From contig JAZSDT010000176.1 of assembly GCA_045531285.1 (NCBI GenBank), positions 1 to 53,485 of the forward strand: 53,485 nt of DNA. The letters run 5' to 3'. The notes beneath the pieces were generated by a model, which was not told the origin of the DNA, ran no database searches, and saw only the letters and a list, made by a program, of their open reading frames with translations. Positions within the stretch are counted from its first letter, which is position 1. The number at the start of each line of letters is the position of its first letter. Both the position numbers and the translations under genes were made by a program. This document shows positions 46,657-53,485 of the stretch, one piece after another. The DNA is from Eubacteriales bacterium. GTDB taxonomy: Bacteria > Bacillota > Clostridia > Oscillospirales > SIG627.

Positions 46657-48009
46657 ATGGTACTTTATGATTTTCCAAAAGACTTTTTGTTCGGAACAGG
46701 CTCTTCCTGTTATCAGGTCGAAGGCTCTGTAAATGCAGACGGAAAAACCGACAACATATGGGATATGGCATCCACCTCTTATTCCAAAAAGTTCAAGGCA
46801 ACCACCGAGCCTACCTCAGGCTTTTACAAGCATTTCAGAGAAGACATTAAAGAAATGAAGGAGCAAGGACTGAAAACCTTCCGTTTTTCAATCTCCTGGA
46901 CAAGAATCCTTCCAACTTTAGACGGAGGAGTAAACCCTAAAGGGATTGAGTTTTACAATAACGTAATAGACCTTCTTCTTGAATATGGCATTGAACCGTT
47001 CGTTGACCTGTATCACTGGGATATGCCAATGTACATTTATGAGCTTGACGGCTTTCTTAACAAGGATATTGTCAAGCATTTTACACGCTTTGCCAAGGTT
47101 TGCTTTGAAAGCTTCGGTGACAGAGTAAAGCTCTGGAGTACAATAAACGAACCAAGTGTCTTCTGCTTTGCTCCATATCAGGAAAACAGAGCCTGGCCCC
47201 CGTTTGCACCAAACGGCACAGACCTTAAGGCAGGTATACTTGCAGGGCACAACGCACTGATGTGCCATTTTAAGACGGTTCAGCTTTATAAAAGCATGAA
47301 CCTTGGAGGAAAAATAGGTGCGGTTATTGCCGTTGTTCCCATTTATCCCGCCGACCCGTCGGGCAAGGATAAGATTGCCGCGACCTACCAGATGGAAAGG
47401 TGCTCGGGCTGGTGGCTTGACCCTATGATTTTAGGTCATTATCCGGAAAACCTTCTTCGTGATTGCCCTGTATATAGAGATTCTATGCCCCACGGCTATG
47501 CCGAGGATATTGAGCGTGAATTTGTTCCTATGGATTTTGTTGGTGTCAATTACTACTATCCCGGCCGAGTTGAGTACGACGAGAGTTTGCCTGCACTCAG
47601 TAAACACGTAGAAAATTACTACGTTCAGGAGGGACAATACTTTGAAACGTACCCTGCGGGACTGTATGACGTTCTTATGCACGTTAAGGAAAAATACAAT
47701 AATCCCATTGTATATATTACGGAAAACGGTCTTGGAATGAAAGACACGGGCAACAAGGAAGAAATGGTGGATGACAAGGTAAGGATCACCTATCTTCGCG
47801 AGCATCTGCGTATGCTTTCAAGAAGTGTTAAAGCAGGAAGTAACGTGCGCGGCTATTATTACTGGTCGAATTTTGATTCCTTTGAAAATTCCGCGGGCTA
47901 CACCTTCAGGTTCGGATTTAATTACGTTGATTTTGAAACAGGAGAAAGGACCCGTAAAAAGAGCTGGTATTACTACAAAAAGGTAATTGCCGACTGTGCG
48001 GTTGACTAA
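46657..48009 (+). CDS. GH1 beta-glucosidase
   Basis: FPKDFLFG...YQVEG, FRFSISWTRI, LYHWD, and catalytic TINEP and ITENG. Confidence 0.93.
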   Translation: MVLYDFPKDFLFGTGSSCYQVEGSVNADGKTDNIWDMASTSYSKKFKATTEPTSGFYKHFREDIKEMKEQGLKTFRFSISWTRILPTLDGGVNPKGIEFYNNVIDLLLEYGIEPFVDLYHWDMPMYIYELDGFLNKDIVKHFTRFAKVCFESFGDRVKLWSTINEPSVFCFAPYQENRAWPPFAPNGTDLKAGILAGHNALMCHFKTVQLYKSMNLGGKIGAVIAVVPIYPADPSGKDKIAATYQMERCSGWWLDPMILGHYPENLLRDCPVYRDSMPHGYAEDIEREFVPMDFVGVNYYYPGRVEYDESLPALSKHVENYYVQEGQYFETYPAGLYDVLMHVKEKYNNPIVYITENGLGMKDTGNKEEMVDDKVRITYLREHLRMLSRSVKAGSNVRGYYYWSNFDSFENSAGYTFRFGFNYVDFETGERTRKKSWYYYKKVIADCAVD

Positions 48010-48010
48010 T

Positions 48011-48153
48011 AGGGAAAGCCTCTGTCGGCGAGGTTGCTTTAATGGAATTTCCTATAAAGTAAAAAGCGGCTTGCAGCCGCTGGCAATGCTCGCCTATCCT
48101 AAGCTTTGCATATGTTCAAAAAAGCGTAATAATAAAGAAATTTCCTACAAAGC
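48011..48153 (+). repeat. Repeat copies N (internally deleted, 48011) and O (right arm lost, 48066)
   Basis: N is a decayed head joined directly to GGCGAGGTTGCTTTAATGGAATTTCCTA. O reads GCGGCTTGCAGCCGC-TGGCAATG-CTCGCC-TATC-[28 nt]...AATTTCCTA. Confidence 0.85.
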
Positions 48154-48194
48154 AAAAAAGAGCTAAGATACCTTAAAGATATCTTAGCTTTTTG
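48154..48194. terminator. Bidirectional terminator
   Basis: AAAAAAGAGCTAAGATACCTTAAAGATATCTTAGCTTTTT. Confidence 0.82.
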
Positions 48195-48201
48195 TCATAT
48201 T

Positions 48202-49962
48202 TTATTCTTTTATTGCAATGCTCAGCTCATCAAGAGATTTTTGAGGAACCTCCGAAGGACACTGTGTCATAAGCTCGGATGCGTTCTGCACCTTGGGGAA
48301 GGCAATAACGTCACGGATGGCATCGAGTCCCAACATAAGACTGACAAGTCTGTCGAGACCGAAGGCAAGACCTGCGTGAGGAGGTGCTCCATACTTGAAG
48401 GCTTCAAGCAGGAAGCCAAACTTCACATCTGCATCTTCCTTGGTAAGTCCAAGTGCCTCGAATACCTTCGCCTGAAGGTCCTGACGGTGAATTCTCACAG
48501 AACCGCCGCCAAGCTCCGTACCGTTGAGCACGATGTCGTAAGCTCTTGCATACACCTTTTCGGGTGCAACGCCAAGGTACTGTATATCCTCTTCGCGAGG
48601 AGCTGTGAAAGGATGGTGCATTGCCACGTATCTTTCGTCCTCTTCGGAATACTCGAACATCGGGAAATCTGTTACCCAAAGGAACTTAAAGTCGCTCTTG
48701 TCTCTGAGACCCAGCTTGCCTGCAACCTCGCAACGAAGTGCTCCCAAAGAGTCGAATACCACCTTGTTCTTGGAATCGGCTACTACAAGAAGAAGGTCGC
48801 CTTCCTCAAAATCGGTAAGCCCGTATACCGAACGTACTTCTTCTTCGGTAAGGAACTTTGCAAAGGAGGATGAAAGCTCGCCTGCCCATTTGGACCATGC
48901 AAGACCCTTTGCCTTGTACGTCTTAACAAACTCTGTAAGCTTATCTATTTCCTTGCGCGAGAACTTGTCTGCTCCGCCCTTGATATTTATAGCTCTTACG
49001 GAGCCGCCCTCTGCAATTGCAGAAGCGAACACCTTGAATTCCGTATCCTTGAGAACACTTGAAAGGTCGCATATTTCAAAACCGAAACGAAGGTCGGGCT
49101 TGTCCGAGCCGTAACGGTTCATTGCCTCTGTCCAGGTCATTCTTCTGAGAGGAAGCTCTACCTCTACGTCAAGTATCTTCTTGAAGAGTGTGGCAATAAA
49201 GCCTTCGACCACCGTCATAACGTCATTTTCGTCAACGAATGACATTTCAAGGTCTATCTGTGTAAATTCGGGCTGTCTGTCGGCTCTGAGGTCCTCGTCT
49301 CTGAAGCATTTTGCAATCTGGATATATCTGTCAAATCCCGAAAGCATAAGAAGCTGTTTGTAGAGCTGAGGTGACTGAGGAAGCGCATAGAATGAGCCCG
49401 GATGAACACGGCTGGGTACAAGATAATCTCTTGCGCCCTCAGGAGTGGATTTAATAAGAACGGGAGTTTCTATTTCAATAAATCCGTTATCCTCGAAGTA
49501 TTCTCTTGCGTGACGTGCTATTCTTGAACGTGTAAGAATATTATGCTGTAAGGGCTGACGGCGAAGGTCAAGATATCTGTACTTAAGTCTCAACTCTTCC
49601 TTTACGTCGGTTTCGTCCTTTATTTCAAATGGAGGTGTCTGAGCTGCCGACAAAACCTCAAGCTTGTCAACGAAAAGCTCAACTGCACCTGTGGGCATAT
49701 TGGGGTTTACAGCTCCTTCGCCTCTGTGACGGATAACACCCTCTGCAGCAAGAACAAATTCCGCTCTTGCACTGAAAGCAATGTCAAATATCTCTCTGTC
49801 GGTAGTATCGTCAAAAGCAAGCTGAATAATGCCTGTTCTGTCTCTTAAGTCAATGAAAATAAGTGTGCCAAGGTCTCTTTGCTTCTGTACCCATCCGCAG
49901 ACCTTAGCCCTTGTGCCGACGTCAGCCTCGCTAAACTCGGCACAATATTTTGTTCTGTACAT
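48202..49962 (-). CDS. aspS: Aspartate--tRNA ligase
   Basis: FIDLRDRTG, STPEGARDY, FRDEDLRADRQPEFTQ and GAPPHAGLAFGLDR. ATG 49962 follows AAGGAG. Confidence 0.97.
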   Translation of the reverse strand: MYRTKYCAEFSEADVGTRAKVCGWVQKQRDLGTLIFIDLRDRTGIIQLAFDDTTDREIFDIAFSARAEFVLAAEGVIRHRGEGAVNPNMPTGAVELFVDKLEVLSAAQTPPFEIKDETDVKEELRLKYRYLDLRRQPLQHNILTRSRIARHAREYFEDNGFIEIETPVLIKSTPEGARDYLVPSRVHPGSFYALPQSPQLYKQLLMLSGFDRYIQIAKCFRDEDLRADRQPEFTQIDLEMSFVDENDVMTVVEGFIATLFKKILDVEVELPLRRMTWTEAMNRYGSDKPDLRFGFEICDLSSVLKDTEFKVFASAIAEGGSVRAINIKGGADKFSRKEIDKLTEFVKTYKAKGLAWSKWAGELSSSFAKFLTEEEVRSVYGLTDFEEGDLLLVVADSKNKVVFDSLGALRCEVAGKLGLRDKSDFKFLWVTDFPMFEYSEEDERYVAMHHPFTAPREEDIQYLGVAPEKVYARAYDIVLNGTELGGGSVRIHRQDLQAKVFEALGLTKEDADVKFGFLLEAFKYGAPPHAGLAFGLDRLVSLMLGLDAIRDVIAFPKVQNASELMTQCPSEVPQKSLDELSIAIKE

Positions 49963-50054
49963 AGTAATTCTCCTTTTTGAACGCATCTGCAGATGCATTC
50001 AACACACAGAATGCAAGGGGCAGAGTGCAAAATATAAGATTATCGCTAAAGCGA

Positions 50055-50453
50055 TTATTTTATTAACATTCTCCAATCAAGGTCACCGCGCTCAAGAGCC
50101 ATTATAAGAGCTTCCGCAGTAGCTATGTTGGTAGCATAAGGAACGTTGTATGCATCGCACAGATGAAGAATTTCTTCTTCGGCACTATGGTCGGCAAAGC
50201 TATCGTCATCCCTGTCTCTGAAGTAAAGAAGCAAGTCTATTTCGTTGTAGGATACCTTGGCGGCAACCTGTTGCATGCCTCCGTGTTCAGCCATCAGCAA
50301 AGTCTCCATTTCCAGACCGGTAGCATCCTTGACGTTGTTGCCAAGACTTCCCGTAGCACAAAGCTTATGTCTGCTGAGCACTCCGCAATAAGCAATACAA
50401 AACTGTGTCATCAATTCTTTTTTCTTCTCGTGAGCCATTATAGCTATCTGCAT
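50055..50453 (-). CDS. mgsA: Methylglyoxal synthase-like protein with a degenerate active site
   Basis: IAIMAH-x-x-KK, CATG, GG-x-QQ and P-x-ATN-x-ATAE, in the usual clostridial position after minD. Confidence 0.8.
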   Translation of the reverse strand: MQIAIMAHEKKKELMTQFCIAYCGVLSRHKLCATGSLGNNVKDATGLEMETLLMAEHGGMQQVAAKVSYNEIDLLLYFRDRDDDSFADHSAEEEILHLCDAYNVPYATNIATAEALIMALERGDLDWRMLIK

Positions 50454-50468
50454 AGACGGTATCCTTTC

Positions 50469-51260
50469 TCAATATAATTTAAATCTGTGTCGTCTGGGAA
50501 TGGCGCCATCAAAAAGAGCAACGCTTTCTCCCGTCAGCCTCCTTGCAATGTTGTCCACAGCTCTGCCTGCAAGACAACGCTTGTCTTCTATTACTGTTTT
50601 TCCTGAGGAAATAAGTCCCTCCACCCTTTTGTCAAAGGGCACAACACCCATCAGCGTTACAGATGAATGCTCGATTATCTCCATTACACCGATAAAATCC
50701 TCTCTGCCCGCTCTGTCGGCGACAAAGGAATTTATAACCAGTCTTATGGATTCGTCTCCTGTTTTGTACAAATCGGAGCCAAGCTTTTCGGCAGCTCTTA
50801 CCGACGCGGCATTCTGTGTACATACTATCAGCACCTGATCCACCTCGCCGCTGTTGCTTGCCAGATCAAGAAGCTTACCCGTACCTGCTGCCATATCAAG
50901 AAGAACGTAGTCGTATTCTTTTTTCACAGAACGTAAAAAAGACAGCATCAGCTTGTCAGTAAGCGTGGTATCGTATGTACAGTCCACGTTCATAGGAGCC
51001 GACAGAAAAAACAAATTCGGATCGCGCTCATCCTCTTCAACGGCAACTCCCAAGGAAGCCTTGCCTGTCATGACCTCCCAACAGCCTGCCGAAGCAGAGT
51101 TTTCATGTCCCAAGGCTATGTCAAGGCTTCTCACTCCGAAGTCCATATCCACAGCCAACGTCCGATTTCCTTTTTTTGCCAGAGCATGAGCAAGCGCAGC
51201 ACAAACCGTAGTTTTGCCGACTCCTCCCTTTAAGGAGGCTATCATTATTAATTTTCCCAT
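50469..51260 (-). CDS. minD: MinD/ParA family ATPase (MinD-like)
   Basis: Deviant Walker A KGGVGKTT, DMDFGVRSLDIALG and YDYVLLD. Confidence 0.8.
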   Translation of the reverse strand: MGKLIMIASLKGGVGKTTVCAALAHALAKKGNRTLAVDMDFGVRSLDIALGHENSASAGCWEVMTGKASLGVAVEEDERDPNLFFLSAPMNVDCTYDTTLTDKLMLSFLRSVKKEYDYVLLDMAAGTGKLLDLASNSGEVDQVLIVCTQNAASVRAAEKLGSDLYKTGDESIRLVINSFVADRAGREDFIGVMEIIEHSSVTLMGVVPFDKRVEGLISSGKTVIEDKRCLAGRAVDNIARRLTGESVALFDGAIPRRHRFKLY

Positions 51261-51434
51261 GCTTACTCACCTCTTACGTTAAATAATATCATATTTCTTG
51301 CCAAAAATCAAGTGTATACACCTAAAATAAGATGTATAGTTTATGAAAAATTCACTTTTTGTTCTTGAAGTTTTCAGGAGTGTCTGCTAAAATTATTTCA
51401 AGACGTATATACACAGTATTGGCTAGGAGAAAAA

Positions 51435-51833
51435 ATGAAGTACCTTTCACAGAAAAAAACACTTTTACTGGTAGTGTTATCCTTCGTAATACTGGGAGGA
51501 ATATATTTTTTACCCATATTACTTGAAAATATGCTGCTGCAAAAAATCGTTACCGTATCGTATCTGATATTGGGAACAGCACTTGCCACAATGTTTTTCC
51601 TTGTAAACGGAGCGTCTACGACTATTGTGGACGGTGAATACGAAAAACAGTTTTACAAATCAGTCAAGGACGGAAGTGCAAAAGACGAGGGCGAAAACCT
51701 ACACTGGAACCCTCTCAAGCTTTCGCTTGTCAAAAGAATATACTACTCAAAGCTGTTGCTTTGCCTTCTGTTTCCAATTATCGTTATGTTCTTTTTGGAA
51801 TATATAGCTTTACTTTTATCGCAATTTGAATGA
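51435..51833 (+). CDS. Hypothetical membrane protein
   Basis: AGGAG RBS, three hydrophobic segments and a downstream terminator. Confidence 0.65.
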   Translation: MKYLSQKKTLLLVVLSFVILGGIYFLPILLENMLLQKIVTVSYLILGTALATMFFLVNGASTTIVDGEYEKQFYKSVKDGSAKDEGENLHWNPLKLSLVKRIYYSKLLLCLLFPIIVMFFLEYIALLLSQFE

Positions 51834-51859
51834 AGGGGTGAATACCTCTTCATTTTTTT
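51829..51859 (+). terminator. Intrinsic terminator
   Basis: AATGAAGGGGTG-AA-TACCTCTTCATT followed by a T-run. Confidence 0.7.
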
Positions 51860-51870
51860 GTGAAAAATAC

Positions 51871-51899
51871 TTGTATAATCCCCAAAAAAGTGGTATACT
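51871..51899 (+). promoter_or_regulatory. Sigma-A promoter of ddh-lysA
   Basis: TTGTAT-17 nt-TATACT with a TG extension. Confidence 0.6.
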
Positions 51900-51954
51900 A
51901 ATTAATCAAAGACAAAAGATTGACCTTAACGGTTTCTTGTAAAGGAGAATACAT

Positions 51955-52935
51955 ATGAAGAAGATAGCAATAGTAGGCTACGGAAACCTTGGAAAAGGCG
52001 TTGAAGCCGCTTTGAAGCACAGAAACGATATGGAGCTTATTGCCGTTGTTACAAGACGCTCGCCCGAAGCTCTCAAAACAAAAACGGGAGTAAAGGCGGT
52101 TGCAATGTCGGATATAGCTTCTCTTAAGGGAGCAGCCGATGCTCTTATTATCTGCGGAGGCTCTGCAACAGACCTGCCCGAAATGACTCCCGCTCTTGCA
52201 AAAGACTTCAACGTTATTGACTCCTTTGATACTCATGCAAAAATCCCGGAGCATTTCAAAAACGTAGATAAAGCGGCAAAAGACGGCGGAAACATCGCCA
52301 TGATATCGGTTGGCTGGGACCCCGGTATGTTCTCTGTGAACAGACTTTACGCTCTTTCTATTCTTCCTCAGGGACAGGATTATACCTTCTGGGGCAGAGG
52401 CGTCAGCCAAGGGCATTCGGATGCCATCAGACGCATTGACGGAGTAGTTGATGCAAGACAGTACACTGTGCCTATCGAGGATGCGGTTCAGCGTGCAAAA
52501 AGCGGAGAAATGCCTGTATTTACCACTAGAGAAAAGCATCTTCGCGAATGCTGGGTGGTTGCCGAAGATGGAGCAGACCTTGCACGAATTGAAAACGAAA
52601 TAAAAACAATGCCCAACTATTTTGCCGATTACGATACGACCGTAACCTTCATCACACAGGAGGAGCTTGACCGCGACCACAAGGGTCTGCCTCACGGAGG
52701 AAGAGTAATCAGAACAGGCAAAACGGGACTTGAGCTTGAACACGGTCACACTATCGAGTATTCGCTGAAGCTGGACTCCAATCCTGAATTTACTGCCAGT
52801 GTCATTGTGGCTTATACAGCCGCTATGCTGAGAATGAGAGACAAAGGCGAAACGGGATGCAAGACAGTCTTTGACGTGACCCCTGCAGAGCTTTCCGGAA
52901 TGCCTGCGGAAGAAATGCTGGCACATATGCTGTAA
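51955..52935 (+). CDS. ddh: meso-Diaminopimelate dehydrogenase
   Basis: GYGNLG, CGGSATDLP, DSFDTHA, GWDPG, TFWGRGVSQGHSDA and SNPEFT. Confidence 0.95.
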   Translation: MKKIAIVGYGNLGKGVEAALKHRNDMELIAVVTRRSPEALKTKTGVKAVAMSDIASLKGAADALIICGGSATDLPEMTPALAKDFNVIDSFDTHAKIPEHFKNVDKAAKDGGNIAMISVGWDPGMFSVNRLYALSILPQGQDYTFWGRGVSQGHSDAIRRIDGVVDARQYTVPIEDAVQRAKSGEMPVFTTREKHLRECWVVAEDGADLARIENEIKTMPNYFADYDTTVTFITQEELDRDHKGLPHGGRVIRTGKTGLELEHGHTIEYSLKLDSNPEFTASVIVAYTAAMLRMRDKGETGCKTVFDVTPAELSGMPAEEMLAHML

Positions 52936-52950
52936 TCGAAAGGACTCAAA

Positions 52951-53485
52951 ATGATAGCAAAAAACTTAGACGTAAACGAAAGAGGACACCTTACATTTGC
53001 AGGAATGGACACGGTGGAATTAGCAAAGGAATACGGTACTCCTGTGTACCTCATAGATAAGAACGGAATCATTGACCGCGCAAGAGAATATATGACAGCC
53101 GTTGAAAAGTACCTGGGAGAGGGCTCTCATCCCTGTTATGCGGGAAAAGCTCTTTGCTACACGGATCTGTACCGCACACTCGAGAATATCGGAATGTGGA
53201 TAGACGTTGTTTCTCCCGGAGAATTCTACACCGCAAAGAAAGCAGGCTTCGACCTGTCCCGTGCCATGTTCCACGGCAATAACAAAACCGATTCGGATAT
53301 ATGGCTGGCTTTGGAGCTGGGAGTGGGCAGATTTGTATGCGACTCGGAGGACGAAATTGATGCCGTTGACAGAATAGCAAAGGAAACAGGAAAGAATCCC
53401 CGTATACTTATAAGACTGACACCCGGCATCGATCCGCATACACATAAGTCAATCAACACAGGTACAGTAGATTCAAAATTCGGTG
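52951..53485 (+). CDS. lysA: Diaminopimelate decarboxylase (runs off the window end; absent from the ORF track)
   Basis: Translation from ATG 52951 gives MIAKNLDVNERGHLTFAG...LAKEYGTPVY...YAGKA...DVVSPGE...FHGNNK...RLTPGID...TGTVDSKFG. Confidence 0.93.
   Translation, partial: MIAKNLDVNERGHLTFAGMDTVELAKEYGTPVYLIDKNGIIDRAREYMTAVEKYLGEGSHPCYAGKALCYTDLYRTLENIGMWIDVVSPGEFYTAKKAGFDLSRAMFHGNNKTDSDIWLALELGVGRFVCDSEDEIDAVDRIAKETGKNPRILIRLTPGIDPHTHKSINTGTVDSKFG

Noticed and set aside
3495-48153. Integron cassette (attC) or classical MITE interpretation of the repeat
   Set aside because: No integrase is present, there are no RYYYAAC/GTTRRRY ends, terminal inverted repeats or target duplications, and a copy follows the core gene polA.
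49963-50054. T-box upstream of aspS
   Set aside because: The gap is ~90 nt with only a small palindrome (GCATCTGCAGATGC) and no T-box consensus.
51900-51954. Lysine riboswitch upstream of ddh-lysA
   Set aside because: The leader is only ~50 nt after the predicted promoter, too short for this riboswitch.

Overview
A 53.5 kb chromosomal window from a low-GC Firmicute (Clostridia-like by gene content, sigma-A promoters and AGGAGG ribosome-binding sites; the taxon is inferred). Housekeeping genes (ppdK, fba, tRNA-Leu, rplS with an L19 leader, polA, nth, queG, iscR-iscS-iscU, aspS, mgsA, minD, ddh, lysA) are interleaved with carbohydrate and accessory genes: GH20, GH13 and GH1 hydrolases, AraC/DeoR regulators, two CapA-like metallophosphoesterases, transporters, an amino-sugar-modifying cluster and two very large uncharacterised proteins. 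No transposase, integrase, cas gene or prophage gene was seen. The main unexplained signal is a structured ~100-107 bp repeat family with about 15 copies plus 2 isolated heads at 8 loci. Each unit is a covarying GCGGAG-NNN-CTCCGC mini-hairpin, then a CTCGCC...GGCGAG stem enclosing a variable 0-29 nt segment, then a conserved tail. The unit nearly always starts at or within a few nt of a stop codon, in the sense of that gene, runs into the intrinsic terminator, and locally forms tandem or convergent arrays. All calls come from reading motifs by eye; no database search was run.
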